Positions 12,846 to 25,789 of a stretch of 64,000 nt of DNA are shown in pieces. Where the stretch lies: assembly GCF_963921235.1 (NCBI RefSeq), contig NC_086108.1:86802001-86866000 (forward strand). The letters run 5' to 3'. This DNA is from Mobula hypostoma (lineage: Eukaryota). Made by a program: the position numbers and the translations under genes. The notes beneath the pieces were generated by a model, which worked only from the letters and a program-made list of their open reading frames with translations, had not been told where the DNA came from and did no database searches. Every line of letters starts with the position of its first letter. The first letter of the stretch is position 1.

Positions 12846-14332
12846 AAATGTCCTGTACCATTGTCTGCCAACAACAGAAGCCTTCTCCATTTGCTGCATC
12901 CATCAGCTGTTTGCTTCCTCCTCTGTTAAAATCAAAGTTTTTGTGCCCTCTGTTGCAGCCTTTTTTTAAAAATGTTTTTGTTATTTCATGTGCATTTTTG
13001 GACTGGACTGTCAGTGGATTAAATTGTGTATCAGCCATTTGCAGTTCAGTACATCTTGTATCACCCTGATGGATGTTGGAGGTCAGACACATTTGGAGAG
13101 GGCTGTTGGCTCTTCTGCTGGATCACTGTTACACCCAGCAATGGGGCAGTGACTCACGTAAGAAAAACACCTTTTGCCGTTTGCATCAGACTGCCCAGCT
13201 GTCTGCTTGGCCTACAAATACAGCCTTTTCTCAGTTGAATGAAGTTTCCAATCATGCACAGGAGGTAATATGATTAAGTACTTTTTGTATCTGTAGGTTG
13301 CTTCATTTTAATGTTTCTAATTAGCTGTTGAAGTATTAATGTTCTTAATTAGCTTTGTTCTATTTCTTTAATAATTTATCTCTTTTAGATAGTGAAGTCT
13401 AAATAATTTTAATATGTCTTTGACCATCTGAGAAGAGACTCATCAAAAACCAAATGAAGAAGGGGTCTGGGATACTGACCTTTTGGGGCCGATTGCATTC
13501 CATAAAGCACAGGCAGTCAGCACTTTTGCCCTTCCATCTCTGGGAAAATTACATGTGAGTGGATTTGTGGGTGGTTAGGCTTGTAGGGGCCTGAGCAGAG
13601 TGTGTGTACTATGAACTAGCTTAGGACATACAGCACAATATTTCAAGTAGCATAACACAAGCAAAAGAAAGTCCTGTGATAGGTATTTAGTTTATTAGTG
13701 TCATATGTGCCAAGATACAGTGAAAAACATTTGTTTGTATGCCACCCAGACAAGTTATTCCATACATTAGTACCTTGAAGTAGTACAGCATTTTAAAATA
13801 AAGAATGCAGTGTCTGCTATTACAGTTACTCAGAAAATGTCATGCAAGTAAACAAATTATGTTCAAGAGCCCTAACAAGGCAGAGAGAGAGAGAGATCAG
13901 AATTTTAGCTTTATCATATTTGTTCAAGGGTTTATCAGCTGGCTAGAATCTGTCTTTCAGACCGGTGATATGTGTTTTCAATATTTTCTATCTTTTCCCT
14001 AATGGAAGGATTGAGGAGAGATAATATCCATGGTAGGAGGAGTTTGTGATTATGTTGACGGTTTTCCTGACAAAGGAAGAAATGTAAACAGAGTCAATGG
14101 AAGGGAGTTTGTTTTTAGTGGTACACCTGGCTGGAAGGCAGGAAAGGTAGGTGGTAAAAGTAAACCTATGCCTAAAGAAGATGAAATATGGTATTGTTTG
14201 AAATTGCCGAAGGAATTCAGAATAAAGCTCTGCAATCTGGATTTAAACTTTCTGGATGCTAATGAATGAAATTGTTAACGGATTTCAGATTATATTAATC
14301 TACAAGTGAAGTGTACTAGGTAAATAAAACAT

Positions 14333-16190
14333 TATACCATAAAGCCATCAAATATAGGAGCAGAATTAGGCCATTTGGCCCATTAAGCCTGTTCGATCAT
14401 TTCATCATGACCGATCCATTTTTCCTCTCAACCCCAATTTCCTGCCTTCTCCACATATCCCTTCATGCCCTGACTAATCAAAAAATCTATCAACCTCTGC
14501 CTTAAATATACCCAATGATTCAGCCTCCATAGCCATCTGTGGGAATGATTTACACAAATTCATGACTCTCTAGCTAAAGAAGTTCCTCCAAATCTCCATT
14601 CTAAGAGGATGCCCTTCTTATTCTGAGGCTGTGTCCACTTTTCTTAGACTCTTCCACCAAAGGAAACATCCTCTCCACATCCAGTCTATCAAGGCCTTAG
14701 AACATTCAACAGGTTTCAATGAGGTCTCTCCACCTTCTTCTGAAGTCCAATGATAAGAGGTCCAGAGCCATCAAACACTTTTCATATGACGAGGTTCTCA
14801 GTCCTGAAATCATTTTTATGAATCTCCTTTTTCAGTGTCCTTCACTTGTAGAATTTAGAATCCTCTCCAGTTTTTCCTTCTTTATGACTTTTTTAGCTGC
14901 CTTCTGTTGGTTTTTAAAAGCTTCCCAATCCTCTAACTTCCCAATAATTTTTGCTTTATATATGCCCTCTCTTTGGCTGTTACGTTGTTTTGACTTCTCT
15001 TGTTAGCCATGGCTGTGTCATTTTGCCTTCAGAATACTCTTTGGACAGACATGTCCTATGCCTTCTGACTGGCTTCCAGAAACTCCAGCCATTGTTGATC
15101 AGCCATCATGCCTGCCAATGATTTTTTTCTAATCAATTCTGGCCAACTCCTCTCTCATGCCTCTGTAATTCCTTTTACTCCACTGTAATACTGATACATC
15201 TAACTTTAGCTTCTTCTTCCCAAATTGCAGGGTAAATTCTATAATATTATGATCACTGGTTCCCTAAGAGTTTCTTTTCCTTAAGTTCGCTAATCAATTC
15301 CTGTTCATTGCACAACACCCAGAATAGCAGATTCCCCTAACGGGCTCAACCGTGAGCTGCTCTAAAAAGCCATCTTGTAAGCATTCTAGAAATTCCTGCT
15401 CTTGCGATCCAGCACCAACCTGACTTTCCCAATCTACCTGCATATTGGTGCGTAAGACGATGAGAGGCATTGATCATGTGGATAGTTAGAGGCTTTTACC
15501 CAGGACTGAAATGACTAGCACAAGAGGTTTAAGGTACTTGGAAGTAGGTACTGAGATGTCAGGGGAAAGTTTTTTATGCAGGGGATGGTGAGTGCATGGA
15601 ATGGGCTGCTGGCAACAGTGGTGGAGGCAGATACAACAGGGTCTTTTAAGAGACCCCTGGATAGGTACATGGAGCTTAGAAAAATAGAGGGCTATGGGTA
15701 ACCCTAGGTAATTTCTAAAGTAAGAACATGTTCGGGACAGCATTGTGGGCCAAAGGGCTTATATTGTGCTGTGGATTTTCTATGTTTCTATGTCTATGTT
15801 TCTTCCTGCATATTGAAAACCTCCATGACTACTGTAACATTGCCCTCTTGGCATGCATTTTCTATCTCCCATTGAAATTTGTAGGCCACTGTTTGCGGCC
15901 TGTATACATCTCCCATCAGGGTCTTTTTTTACCCTTGCAGTTCCTTGGGAGCCATGTCACCCCCCCCCCACCCCACCCCACCTTCCTGCATGTCCTTTCA
16001 GTACAATGTGTATTCTTGGACATTAAGCTCCCAGCTATAATCTTCTTTCAGCCACAATTCAGTGACACCCACAACATCATACATGCCAATCTGTAACTGT
16101 GCCACAAGTTCATCTACCTTAGTCCATTTACTGCACGCATTCTAGTACAACACTTTCAATTTTGTCCCTCTTTTACATTGCAGCTCATCC
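14333..16190 (-). mobile_element. CR1 LINE, degenerate with large internal deletion
   Basis: 3' tail at 14335 (accataaagccatcaaatataggagcagaattaggcc). Endonuclease-region sequence at 14870-16190 is antisense to the 5400-6100 type. Confidence 0.8.
15448..15800 (+). mobile_element. CR1 3' fragment inserted in CR1
   Basis: TSD cctgcatattg at 15437-15447 and 15805-15815. (TTCTATGT)n-like tail. Same subfamily as 19240-19592. Confidence 0.8.
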
Positions 16191-18099
16191 AGTTGCAGGA
16201 TAGAAGATGCTCAAGTGTTTTAGATGACCTCAGGTTTACAGAGAGCACCTTCACCAGAACAACTGCTGCACCAATACCTAAAAAGGGCAATTAGGTATAA
16301 GCAACTATGGCCAGATCCTGAGCAATTAAAAAAGGCCTTACTACATCTGCACCAAATCCATATTACTACATATAGTTTTAGCCATTTTGTTTTAAGAATG
16401 GCATATTTACATTTGAAGCACTTCAGAGTTGGTTCACAGGGTTGATTGAACGGATGGGTTACTCTATGGAAATGTGGTATCTGTATTCATTGGTATTTGG
16501 AATGAAAGGTGCTCTTATTGATTCTCTGGGAGGTGATCAACAGGGTGGATGCTGAGATGACAGTATCAGGAACATGGTGCATAGTTTTATAATGAGTGGT
16601 TCAGATGGATGGATTTTTAGTCTATAATGGAGTCAGACGTTATGGAGAATGGGAAAGGAAATGGAACTGAGGCAAAGTTGGACTCTGATCTTATTGACAA
16701 ACAAATCAGGTTCCAGGGACAATAAACTCCCATTTTCCATGTTATTATATTTTCCTCATCAGCCAGAATGTTTGCCAATGGCCCAAATTTCTCCTCGGGT
16801 GACACAGGTTTAACTTTTCAAGCCACTTTTCCTTACAACCTTGCTATTAAAAAGTAATACTGTCACATTAAACTATTTACTCAAATAATAGATGTTTGAC
16901 TGCTCTAACACATATGTAAAGAACTATTGAAGTCCAGTTATGGGTTGGCAAGGGCTTGCTAACCTACCCTCAGGCTTCCCAGGATAGATTTTCATGTTAA
17001 TTAATTCCACTCAGATACATCTCATGTATTTCACATTATTCGTCCTCAGATGCCATGTCTTAGTAATGCAGAGAGTGATTGTTGTTTTCATTTATGCTTC
17101 AGGCAGATCAAGCGATGTAACCAGTTTTCAAGTAAACCACAGCAGCGATCAATTCAAGCGAAGTATTTTCTTTAATATAATTATTAAAGGGCCAAATAGT
17201 AAAGGACCATCTGAAGTTGTATGTTGATAATTAATCTTCCCTCAGGTATGTTTCTTTCTAAGTTTTCTTTGTATTAAAAGTTGCTGAAAGTGCAAACTGG
17301 TAACTGCATAGCAGCAAAAAATGCCATCTGAATAAAATGGTCAAACAGCCTTTAACCAATCATATTGAAGGATTGATCATCAATTCGGCATTGAAGAAAA
17401 GTAGTCAAATCAGAATGAGAGAATTCAATGTCAAGTTAGATACAAAAGAAATAAATTGAAAGAATGGACCAAGAATGAAGAAAAAGACAAATAGCTTGAA
17501 GATATTACATTTTTCATTTCAAAATCTCTACAACAACTGTTTTTTTTAATGAATGGTGCTCATATCTTAAAAAATACATAAGACTGAAATAATTTGACAT
17601 AAGTTCTGTGGCAGGTTTCATCTGTAACTGCTACATGAAAAGAAGAACTTCTCACTGCTTAATGCATTTCAACAATATTGCAGACAATGAGACCTCTGTT
17701 GGCAATGTCAAAATCATTTTGGCCAGAAATTTTCTGGATTCTTTCATGTTTCATCACACCTCAACTCTCACCTAAATTTTCTATATCATTTGCAGATAAA
17801 TATCAGTAAGCACCATTATCCTTAGGATGATTTTGGCTGTAATATCTGTCCCATTATACAAACAAAATACATGCATGGTGGATAGAGTTGTTGCATCTTG
17901 GGCGCAACAAGTAATAAGATTTACTTCAGGTAGTAGTGAATCAGTGTAGTGGTAAGATTACTAAGCTCAAGTCATCTTGTTTGTAAAGCATAAGAGATAT
18001 TTTATCCTTGATAGCATTTTTCACTAGTGCCATCCTCTCCCAGTTGTGTCTCACAGTTGACCATTGTGTCTTCAATAAACTTAGTAACCATAACTTCAA

Positions 18100-18510
18100 G
18101 CACCACACACAAAAAATGCTGGTGGAACGCAGTAGGCCAGGCAGCATCTATAGCAAGAGGTACAGTCGACGTTTTGGGCCGGGACCCTTCGTCAGGACTA
18201 ACTGAAAGAAGAGATAGTAAGGGATTTGAAAGTAGGAGGGGGAAATCTGAAATGATAGGAGAAGACAGGAGGGGAGGGGTGGATCTAAGAACTGGAAAGT
18301 TGATTAGCAAAAGGGATACCAGACTGGAGAAGGAAGAGGATCATAGGACGGGAAGCCTGGGGAGAGAGAGAAGGGGGGAAGGGAGCCCGGAGGGTGGGGA
18401 GCAGGCAAGGAGTTATAGTGAGAGGGACAGAGGGAGAAAAAAGACAGAGAGAAAAAAAAGGGAGAAAAAATAAAAAATATATTAAATGAGTAAATAAGGA
18501 ATGGGGTGCA
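18100..18510 (-). mobile_element. Penelope-like 3' fragment with hammerhead repeat (G12->A) at 18164-18199
   Basis: Closely similar to 37335-37740. Minus strand reads agtcctgacgaagggtcccggcccaaaacgtcgact. Confidence 0.8.
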
Positions 18511-18519
18511 TATAATTTA

Positions 18520-18722
18520 TATTTTAGAGGCCAAATTATTGGGTATATTAAAGTGGATGTTGGTAAGTTCTTAATTAGTAAGGGTGTCAAAGGTTACAGA
18601 GAGAAGATGGGAGAATAGGGTGGTGAGGGATAATATATCAGCCATGATGGAATGCTGGAGCAGAATCAATGGGCCAAGTGGCCTAATTCTGCAACTGTGT
18701 CTTATAGTCATATGGTCTTATA
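18520..18722 (+). mobile_element. CR1 3' tail
   Basis: tcagccatgatggaatg...gggccaagtggcctaattctg...atggtctta. Confidence 0.6.
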
Positions 18723-19239
18723 TAGATTATAAAAAGCTGATAAGACCCAATGAGCTATTTCTTTGCTGTTAAACCGAGCAAGGAGATGAAGAAATTCTCT
18801 GGCTAGAACACTTAGTGAGCATTGGAAACATATGGGTTAATCAGATACATGCTGAACAGATTTATAAATGGCAAGTTATGTTTGACAATTTCAATAGAGT
18901 TCTTTAGAGGAGAGCTGAATGCTATCACAAAATAAAGTTTAACTTGTCTTTCCTGGTTAAGTCATCTGTTCATGGTATGCCCAGCTGCCAATTTTCATTA
19001 ACATCAGTTTTCCAGAAGGCAACTAGTGATTTTGCATGCCAAAAGATATTTGTTACATGACTGGTCTTACCTTGGCTCAGTGTCCTGGAGGACAAGGTCC
19101 AAACTAAGACCAATCAGTCACCAAATGGCTGTTGAATTGGACAATTACCAGTGAACTTCCCCTTCTCCTCAAGGGAAGGGCCGCCATCGTTGTTTTTTCA
19201 TCTAGATTAGTGATTCAGCTGATAATGTGGTAAACTGGA

Positions 19240-19592
19240 TCATAGAGACATTGAAACATAGAAAACCTACAGCACAATACAGGCCCTTCAGCCCACGATG
19301 CCGTGCCGAACGTGTACATATTTTAGAAATCACCTAGGGTTACCTATAGCCCTCCATTTTTCTAAACTCCATGTACCTGTCCAGGAGTCTCTTAAAAGAC
19401 CCTATCTAATCTGCCTCCACCACTATCGCTGGCAGCCCATTCCACGCACTCACCACTCTCTGCATAAAAAACTTGCCCCTGACATCTCCTCTGTGCCTGC
19501 TTCCAAGCACCTTAAAACTGTGCCCTCTCGTGTTAGCCATAAATTGTGCTCTCTCGTGTTAGCCATAAACTGTGCTCTCTCATGCTAGCCAT
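19240..19592 (-). mobile_element. CR1 3' fragment with triplicated 26-bp 5' junction
   Basis: Reverse-complement homolog of 15448-15800. Three units of aaactgtgctctctcgtgttagccat at 19515-19592. Confidence 0.8.
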
Positions 19593-21221
19593 CAACAAAT
19601 TTGCGGTTGGCATCAAAATTGGAGGCATAGTGGACAGTGTGGAAAGCTGTCAAAACTAGCAAAGTGAACTGGACCAGCTGAGAAAATAGGCTGAAAAATG
19701 CCATGTAGAATTTAATGCAGACAAGTGTGTGAATTTGCACCTTGGGTGGAGAAACCAGGGAAGAACTTATAAACTGATTGATAGGGCACTGAGGTGTGCA
19801 GTAGAACAAAGGTACTCGGGAATACAGATCTATAATCCCTTTAAAGTCGCATTACAGATAGATAGGATGGTAAAGAAAGCTTTGGTGTATTGGTCTTCAT
19901 AAGTCAGGTTTTTTGTACAGAATAAAAGGTAAAGATAACAAGTGGAGGCAACCTTGGTTTTCAAGAGATATAGAGTTCCTGATTAAGAAAAAAAAGGAGG
20001 TGCATAACAAGTATAGGCAAGTAGGAACAAATGACGTGCTTAAGGAGGACACAAAATGCAAGAGACACTTAAGAAAGAAATCAGGAAAGCTGAAAGAAGG
20101 CATGAAGTTGCTCCAACAGTCAATGTAAGGGAGAATCCTAAGGGATTCTACAGATGTGTTAAGAGAAAGGGATTGCAAGGGATAAAATTGGTCCTCTGGA
20201 AGATCAGAATGGTAATCCATGTGTGGAGCCAAAACAAATAGGGGAGATTATAAATGTATTTACTCAGGAGATGGACATGGAGTCTACAGAAGTGAGGCAA
20301 AGCAGTGTCAAATTCATGGACCCCGTACAGATTACAGAGGAACAAGTTTTGTTACCCTGAGGCAAATCAGGTGGATAGATCCCCAGGACCTGACAAACTG
20401 TTTCCTTGGACCCTATGAGAGACAAGTGGAGAAACTGCCAGAGCCCTAGCAGAGATATTTAAAACATTCTTAGCAATAGGAGAGATACCAGAGGATTGAT
20501 TGGAGGCTAGACAATGTTGTCCTGCTGTTTAAAAAAGGCTCTAAATCTAAAGCAGGGCCAGTGAGTCTGATGTCAGTTGTGGGAAAGTCATGGAGGGGAC
20601 TCTAAGGGACAGGATATATAAGTATTTGGACCGACATGGGCTGATTAAGGATAGTCAGCATGGTTCATGCATGTCTAACCAATTTTATAGAGTTTTTGAG
20701 GAAGTTACTAGGAAAGTAGATGAAGGCAAAGTAGTGGATGCTGTCTACATGGACTTTAGTAAAGCATTTGACAAGGTCCTGCATGGGAGGCTGGTCAAGA
20801 AGGGTTATTTGCTTGGCATTCTGTATGAGGTAGTAAATTGGATTAAACACTGGCCTTGTGGGAGAAGCCAGAGAGTGGTAGCAGAGGGTTGCCTCTCAGA
20901 CTGGAGGCCTGTGACTCGTGGTGTGACACAGGGACCGGTGCTGCATCCATTGTTGTTTGTCATCTGTATCAACGATCTGGATGATAAAGTAGTTAACTGG
21001 ATCAGCAAATTTGTGAACGATACCAAGATTAGGGGTGTAGTGAGCAGTCAGGAAGGTTATCATGACTTGCAGAGGGATATGCATCAGATGGAAAACTGGT
21101 CTGAAAAGTAGCAGATGGAATTTAATGCAGAGAACTTTTCACTTCTGTAGGACCAACTGGGAAAGGTAGGGCACTGAGCAGCATCGTAGAACAAAGGGAT
21201 CTGGGACTCACTCTTCCATAA

Positions 21222-21440
21222 ATCAAAGTTGCTGGTGAACGCAGCAGGCCAAGCAGCATCTATAGGAAGAGGCGCAGTCGACGTTTCAGGCCGAGACCCT
21301 TCATCAGTTAGTCCTGACGAAGGGTCTCGGCCTGAAACGTCGACTGCGCCTCTTCCTATAGATGCTGCTTGGCCTGCTGCGTTCACCAGCAACTTTGATG
21401 TATGTTGCTTGAGTTTCCAGCATCTGCAGAATTCCTGTTG
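21222..21440 (+). mobile_element. 219-bp Penelope-derived fold-back (hairpin) insertion
   Basis: 15-bp TSD ctcactcttccataa at 21207-21221 and 21441-21455. 86-bp inverted arms 21222-21307 / 21314-21399 with one mismatch, plus a 41-bp unique tail. Confidence 0.9.
21310..21345 (+). ncRNA. Minimal type I hammerhead ribozyme motif (Penelope-associated)
   Basis: AGTC-CTGACGA-A-GGGT(CTCG)GCCT-GAAAC-GTC^GACT. Helix I AGUC/GACU, conserved CUGANGA and GAAA cores, GUC triplet, loop-less palindromic helix III. Confidence 0.75.
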
Positions 21441-21651
21441 CTCACTCTTCCATAATTTGTTGCAAGTGGCATCACAGGTAGACAGGGTCATAAAGAAAGC
21501 CTTTGGCACATTGGCCTTCATAAATCAATGTATTGAGTACAGAAGATGAAATGTCATCCTGAAGTTGCATAAGACTTTGTTGAAGCCTAATTTGGAGTAT
21601 TGTACGCAGTTTTGGTCACCTACCTACCTACAGTAGGGGGATAGTACCTCA

Positions 21652-22125
21652 ATGGTAAGGGGGTCAGATAGGCGATTCTGTGGACGCAGTCCAGAGACCC
21701 GGATGGTAGTTTGCCTCCCTGGTGCCAGGGTCCGGGATATTTCTGATCGTGTCCAAGATATCCTGAAGTGGGAGGGTGAGGAGCCAGAGGTCGTGGTACA
21801 TATAGGTACCAATGACATAGGTAGGAAAAGGGATGAGGTCCTGAAAGGAGAATATAGGGAGCTAGGAAGGGAGTTGAGAAAAAGGACCACAAAGGTAGTA
21901 ATCCAGGGATTACTGCCTGTGCCACGCGACAGTGAGAGTAGGAATGCGATGAGGTGGAGGATAAATGCGTGGCTGAGGGATTGGAGCAGGGGGCAGGGAT
22001 TCAAGTTTTTGGATCATTGGGACCTCTTTTGGCGCAGGCGTGACCTGTACAAAAAGGACGGGTTACACTTGAATTCCAGGGGGACCAATATCCTGGCAGG
22101 GAGATTAGCAGGGGCTACTGAGTGA
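21652..22125 (+). pseudogene. CR1 ORF1 C-terminal SGNH/GDSL-like esterase domain (partial)
   Basis: VCLPGARV, VVVHIGTND and DGLHLN motifs typical of the CR1 ORF1 esterase. Confidence 0.85.
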
Positions 22126-22126
22126 C

Positions 22127-25100
22127 TTTAAACTAGAATGGTTGGGGGGTGGGAATCAAATTAAAGAGGCTAGGCGTGAGGAGGTTAGTTCACAACAGGG
22201 GGATGGGAACCAGTGCAGAGAGACAGAGGGGTGTAAAGTGAGGGTAGAAGCAAAAAGTACTAAGGAGAAAAGTAAAAGTGGCAGGCCGACAAATCCAGGG
22301 CAAGCATTAAAAAGGGCCACTTTTCAACATAATTGTATAAGGGCTAAGAGAGTTGTAAAAGAGCGCCTGAAGGCTTTGTGTGTCAATGCAAGGAGCATTC
22401 GTAATAAGGTGGATGAATTGAAAGTGCAGATTGTTATTAATGATTATGATATAATTGGGATCACAGAGACATGGCTCCAGGGTGACCAAGGATGGGAGCT
22501 CAACATTCAGGGACATTCAATATTCATGAGGGATAGACATGAACGAAGGGGAGGTGGGGTGGCGTTGCTGGTTAAAGAAGAGATTAATGCAATAGAAAGG
22601 AAGGACATAAGCCAGGAAGATGTGGAATCGATATGGGTAGAGCTGCGTAACACTAAGGGGCAGAAGACGCTGGTGGGAGTTGTGTACAGGCCACCTAACA
22701 GTAGTAGTGAGGTCGGAGATGGTATTAAACAGGAAATTAGAAATGTGTGCAATAAAGGAACAGCAGTTATAATGGGTGACTTCAATCTACATGTAGATTG
22801 GGTGAACCAAATTGGTAAAGGTGCTGAGGAAGAGGATTTCTTGGAATGTATGCGGGATGGTTTTTTGAACCAACATGTCGAGGAACCAACTACAGAGCAG
22901 ACTATTCTGGACTGGGTTTTGAGCAATGAGGAAGGGTTAATTAGCAATCTTGTCGTGAGAGGCCCCTTGGGTAAGAGTGACCATGATATGGTGGAATTCT
23001 TCATTAAGATGGAGAGTGACATAGTTAATTCAGAAACAAAGGTTCTGAACTTAAAGAGGGGTAACTTTGAAGGTATGAGACGTGAATTAGCTAAGATAGC
23101 CTGGCAAATGACACTTAAAGGATTGACGGTGGATATGCAATGGTAAGCATTTAAATGTTGCATGGATGAACTACAACAATTGTTCATCCCAGTTTGGCAA
23201 AAGAATAAATCAAGGAAGGTAGTGCACCCGTGGCTGACAACAGAAATTAGGGATAGTGTCAATTCCAAAGAAGCATACAAATTAGCCAGAGAAAGTGGCT
23301 CACCTGAGGACTGGGAGAAATTCAGATTTCAGCAGAGGAGGACAAAGGGCTTAATTAGGAAGGGGAAAAGAGATTATGAGAGAAAACTGGCAGGGAACAT
23401 AAAAACTGACTGTAAAAGCTTTTATAGATATGTAAAAAGGAAAAGACTTGTAAAGACAAACGTAGGTCCCCTGCAGACAGAAACAGGTGAATTGATTATG
23501 GGGAGCAAGGACATGGCAGACCAATTGAATAATTACTTTGGTTCTGTCTTCACTAAGGAGGACATAAATAATCTTCCAGAAATAGTAGGGGACAGAAGGT
23601 CCAGTGAAATGGAGGAACTGAGCGAAATACTTGTTAGTAGGGAAGTGGTGTTAGGTAAATTGAAGGGATTGAAGGCAGATAAATCCCCAGGGCCAGATGG
23701 TCTGCATCCTAGAGTGCTTAAGGAAGTAGCCCAAGAAATAATGGATGCATTAGTGATAATTTTTCAAAACTTGTTAGATTCTGGACTAGTTCCTGAGAAT
23801 TGGAGGGTGGCTAATGTAACCCCACTTTTTAAAAGAGGAGGGAGAGAGAAACCGGGGAATTATAGACCGGTTAGCCTAACGTTGGTGGTGGGGAAACTGC
23901 TGGAGTCAGTTATCAATGATGTGATAACAGCACATTTGGAAAGCGGTGAAATCATCGGACAAAGTCAGCATGGATTTGTGAAAGGAAAATCATGTCTGAC
24001 GAATCTCATAGAATTTTTTGATGATGTAACTAGTAGAGTGGATAGGGGAGAACCAGTGGATGTGGTATATTTGGATTTTCAAAAGGCTTTTGACAAGGTC
24101 CCACACAGGAGATTAGTGTGCAAACTTAAAGCACATGGTATTGGGGGTAAGGTATTGATGTGGATGAAGAATTGGTTAGCAGACAGGAAGCAAAGAGTGG
24201 GAATAAACGGGACCTTTTCAGAATGGCAGGCGGTGACTAGTGGGGTACCGCAAGGCTCAGTGCTGGGACCCCAGTTGTTTACAATATATATTAATGACTT
24301 GGATGAGAGAATTAAATGCAGCATCTCCAAGTTTGCGGATGACACAAAGCTGGGTGGCAGTGTTAGCTGTGAGGAGGATGCTAAATGGATGCAGAGTGAC
24401 TTGGATAGGTTGAGTGAGTGGGCAAATTCATGGCAGATGCAATTTAATGTGGATAAATGTGAAGTTATCCACTTTGGTGGCAAAAATAGGAAAACAGATT
24501 ATTATCTGAATGGTGGCCGATTAGGAAAAGGGGAGGTGCAACGAGAGTTGGGTGTCATTATACACCAGTCATTGAAAGTGGGCATGCAGGTACAGCAGGC
24601 GGTGAAAAAGGCGAATGGTATGCTGGCACTTATAGCGAGAGGATTCGAGTACAGGAGCAGGGAGGTACTACTGCAGTTGTACAAGGCCTTGGTGAGACCA
24701 CACCTGGAGTATTGTGTGCAGGTTTGGTCCCCTAATCTGAGGAAAGACATCCTTGCCATAGAGGGAGTACAAAGAAGGTTCACCAGATTGATTCCTGGGA
24801 TGGCAGGACTTTCATATGAAGAAAGACTGGATGAACTGGGCTTGTACTCTTTGGAATTTAGAAGATTGAGGGGGGATCTGATTGAAACGTATAAAATCCT
24901 AAAGGGATTGGACAGGCTAGATGCAGGAAGATTGTTCCCGATGTTGGGGAAGTCCAGAACAGGGGGTCACAGTTTGAGGATAAAGGGGAAGCCTTTTAGG
25001 ACCGAGATTAGGTAAAACTTCTTCACACAGAGAGTGGTGAATCTGTGGAATTCTCTGCCACAGGAAACAGTTGAGGCCAGTTCATTGGCTATATTTAAGA

Positions 25101-25171
25101 GGGAGTTAGATATGGCCCTTGTGGCTACGGGGATCAGGGGGTATGGAGGGAAGGCTGGGGTGGGGTTCTGA
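22127..25171 (+). pseudogene. CR1 ORF2 (APE endonuclease + reverse transcriptase) with two in-frame nonsense codons
   Basis: NARSI, GITETW, YRPP, GDFN, SDH (EN); YLDFQKAFD, GVPQGSVLGP, FADD (RT). One frame throughout, with TAA at 23144-23146 and 25013-25015 and a natural TGA at 25169-25171. Confidence 0.92.
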
Positions 25172-25789
25172 GTTGGATGATCAGCCATGATCATAATAAA
25201 TGGCGGAGCAGGCTCGAAGGGCCGAATGGCCTACTCCTGCACCTATTTTCTATGTTTCTATGTTTCTATGTTACAGGAAAGATGTAAACAAGGTTTAAAG
25301 AGTGCAGAGAAAATTTACAAGGATGTTGCTGGGTTTGGAGGACCTGAGTTATAAGGAAAGGTTGAATAGGTTAGAACTCCATTCTTTAGAACGTAGACAA
25401 CTTAGAGGAGATTTGATTGAGGTATACAAAATCACAAGGGGTATGTGAAGGGTAAATGCAAGCAGCCTTTTTCCACTGAGGTTGGGTGGGACTACAACCA
25501 GATGTCAGGGCTTAAGGATGAAATGTGAGAAGTTTAAGGGTAACATGAGGAGAAACTTCTTCACTCAGATTGCCTGGAGAGTATGGAATATGCTGCCAGC
25601 ACAAGTGGTACAGGTGAGGTTAATTTCAATGTTTAAGAGAAGTTTGGATATGTACATGGATAGTGGGGATACAGAAGGCTATGGTCCGAATAAGGTTGAT
25701 GGGAGTAGGCAGTTTAAATGTTTTGGCATGGTCTAGATGGGCTGAAAGACCTGTTTCTGTGCTGTACTTCTCTATGACTCCATACCTCT

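Larger units (their letters stand above)
21634..25271 (+). mobile_element. Young CR1 LINE, 5'-truncated within ORF1
   Basis: Nearly intact ORF1 C-terminus and ORF2. (TTCTATGT)n tail. tacag duplicated at 21629-21633 and 25272-25276. Confidence 0.95.
19595..25780 (+). mobile_element. Older CR1 LINE pieces (19595-19900; 19920-21633 resuming at 25272-25780) hosting two younger insertions
   Basis: ORF 20590..21111 has YMDFSKAFDKV and SKFVNDTK. Reading FWSPTY|RKDV is split by the 21634-25271 element. Confidence 0.8.

Noticed and set aside
17103..17245. AG/GT-bounded segment as a coding exon
   Set aside because: Stop codons in all three frames.
19515..19592. Short direct repeats as a CRISPR array
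   Set aside because: No spacers, eukaryotic LINE context, no cas genes.
21222..21399. Hairpins as miRNA genes or DNA-transposon MITEs
   Set aside because: Arms derive from Penelope terminal repeats, and there is an asymmetric 3' tail with 13-15 bp TSDs, which indicates retroposition.
22507..24783. Long minus-strand ORFs (257, 134, 93 aa; also 60402-61106)
   Set aside because: Antisense shadows of CR1 ORF2, with no independent evidence of coding.
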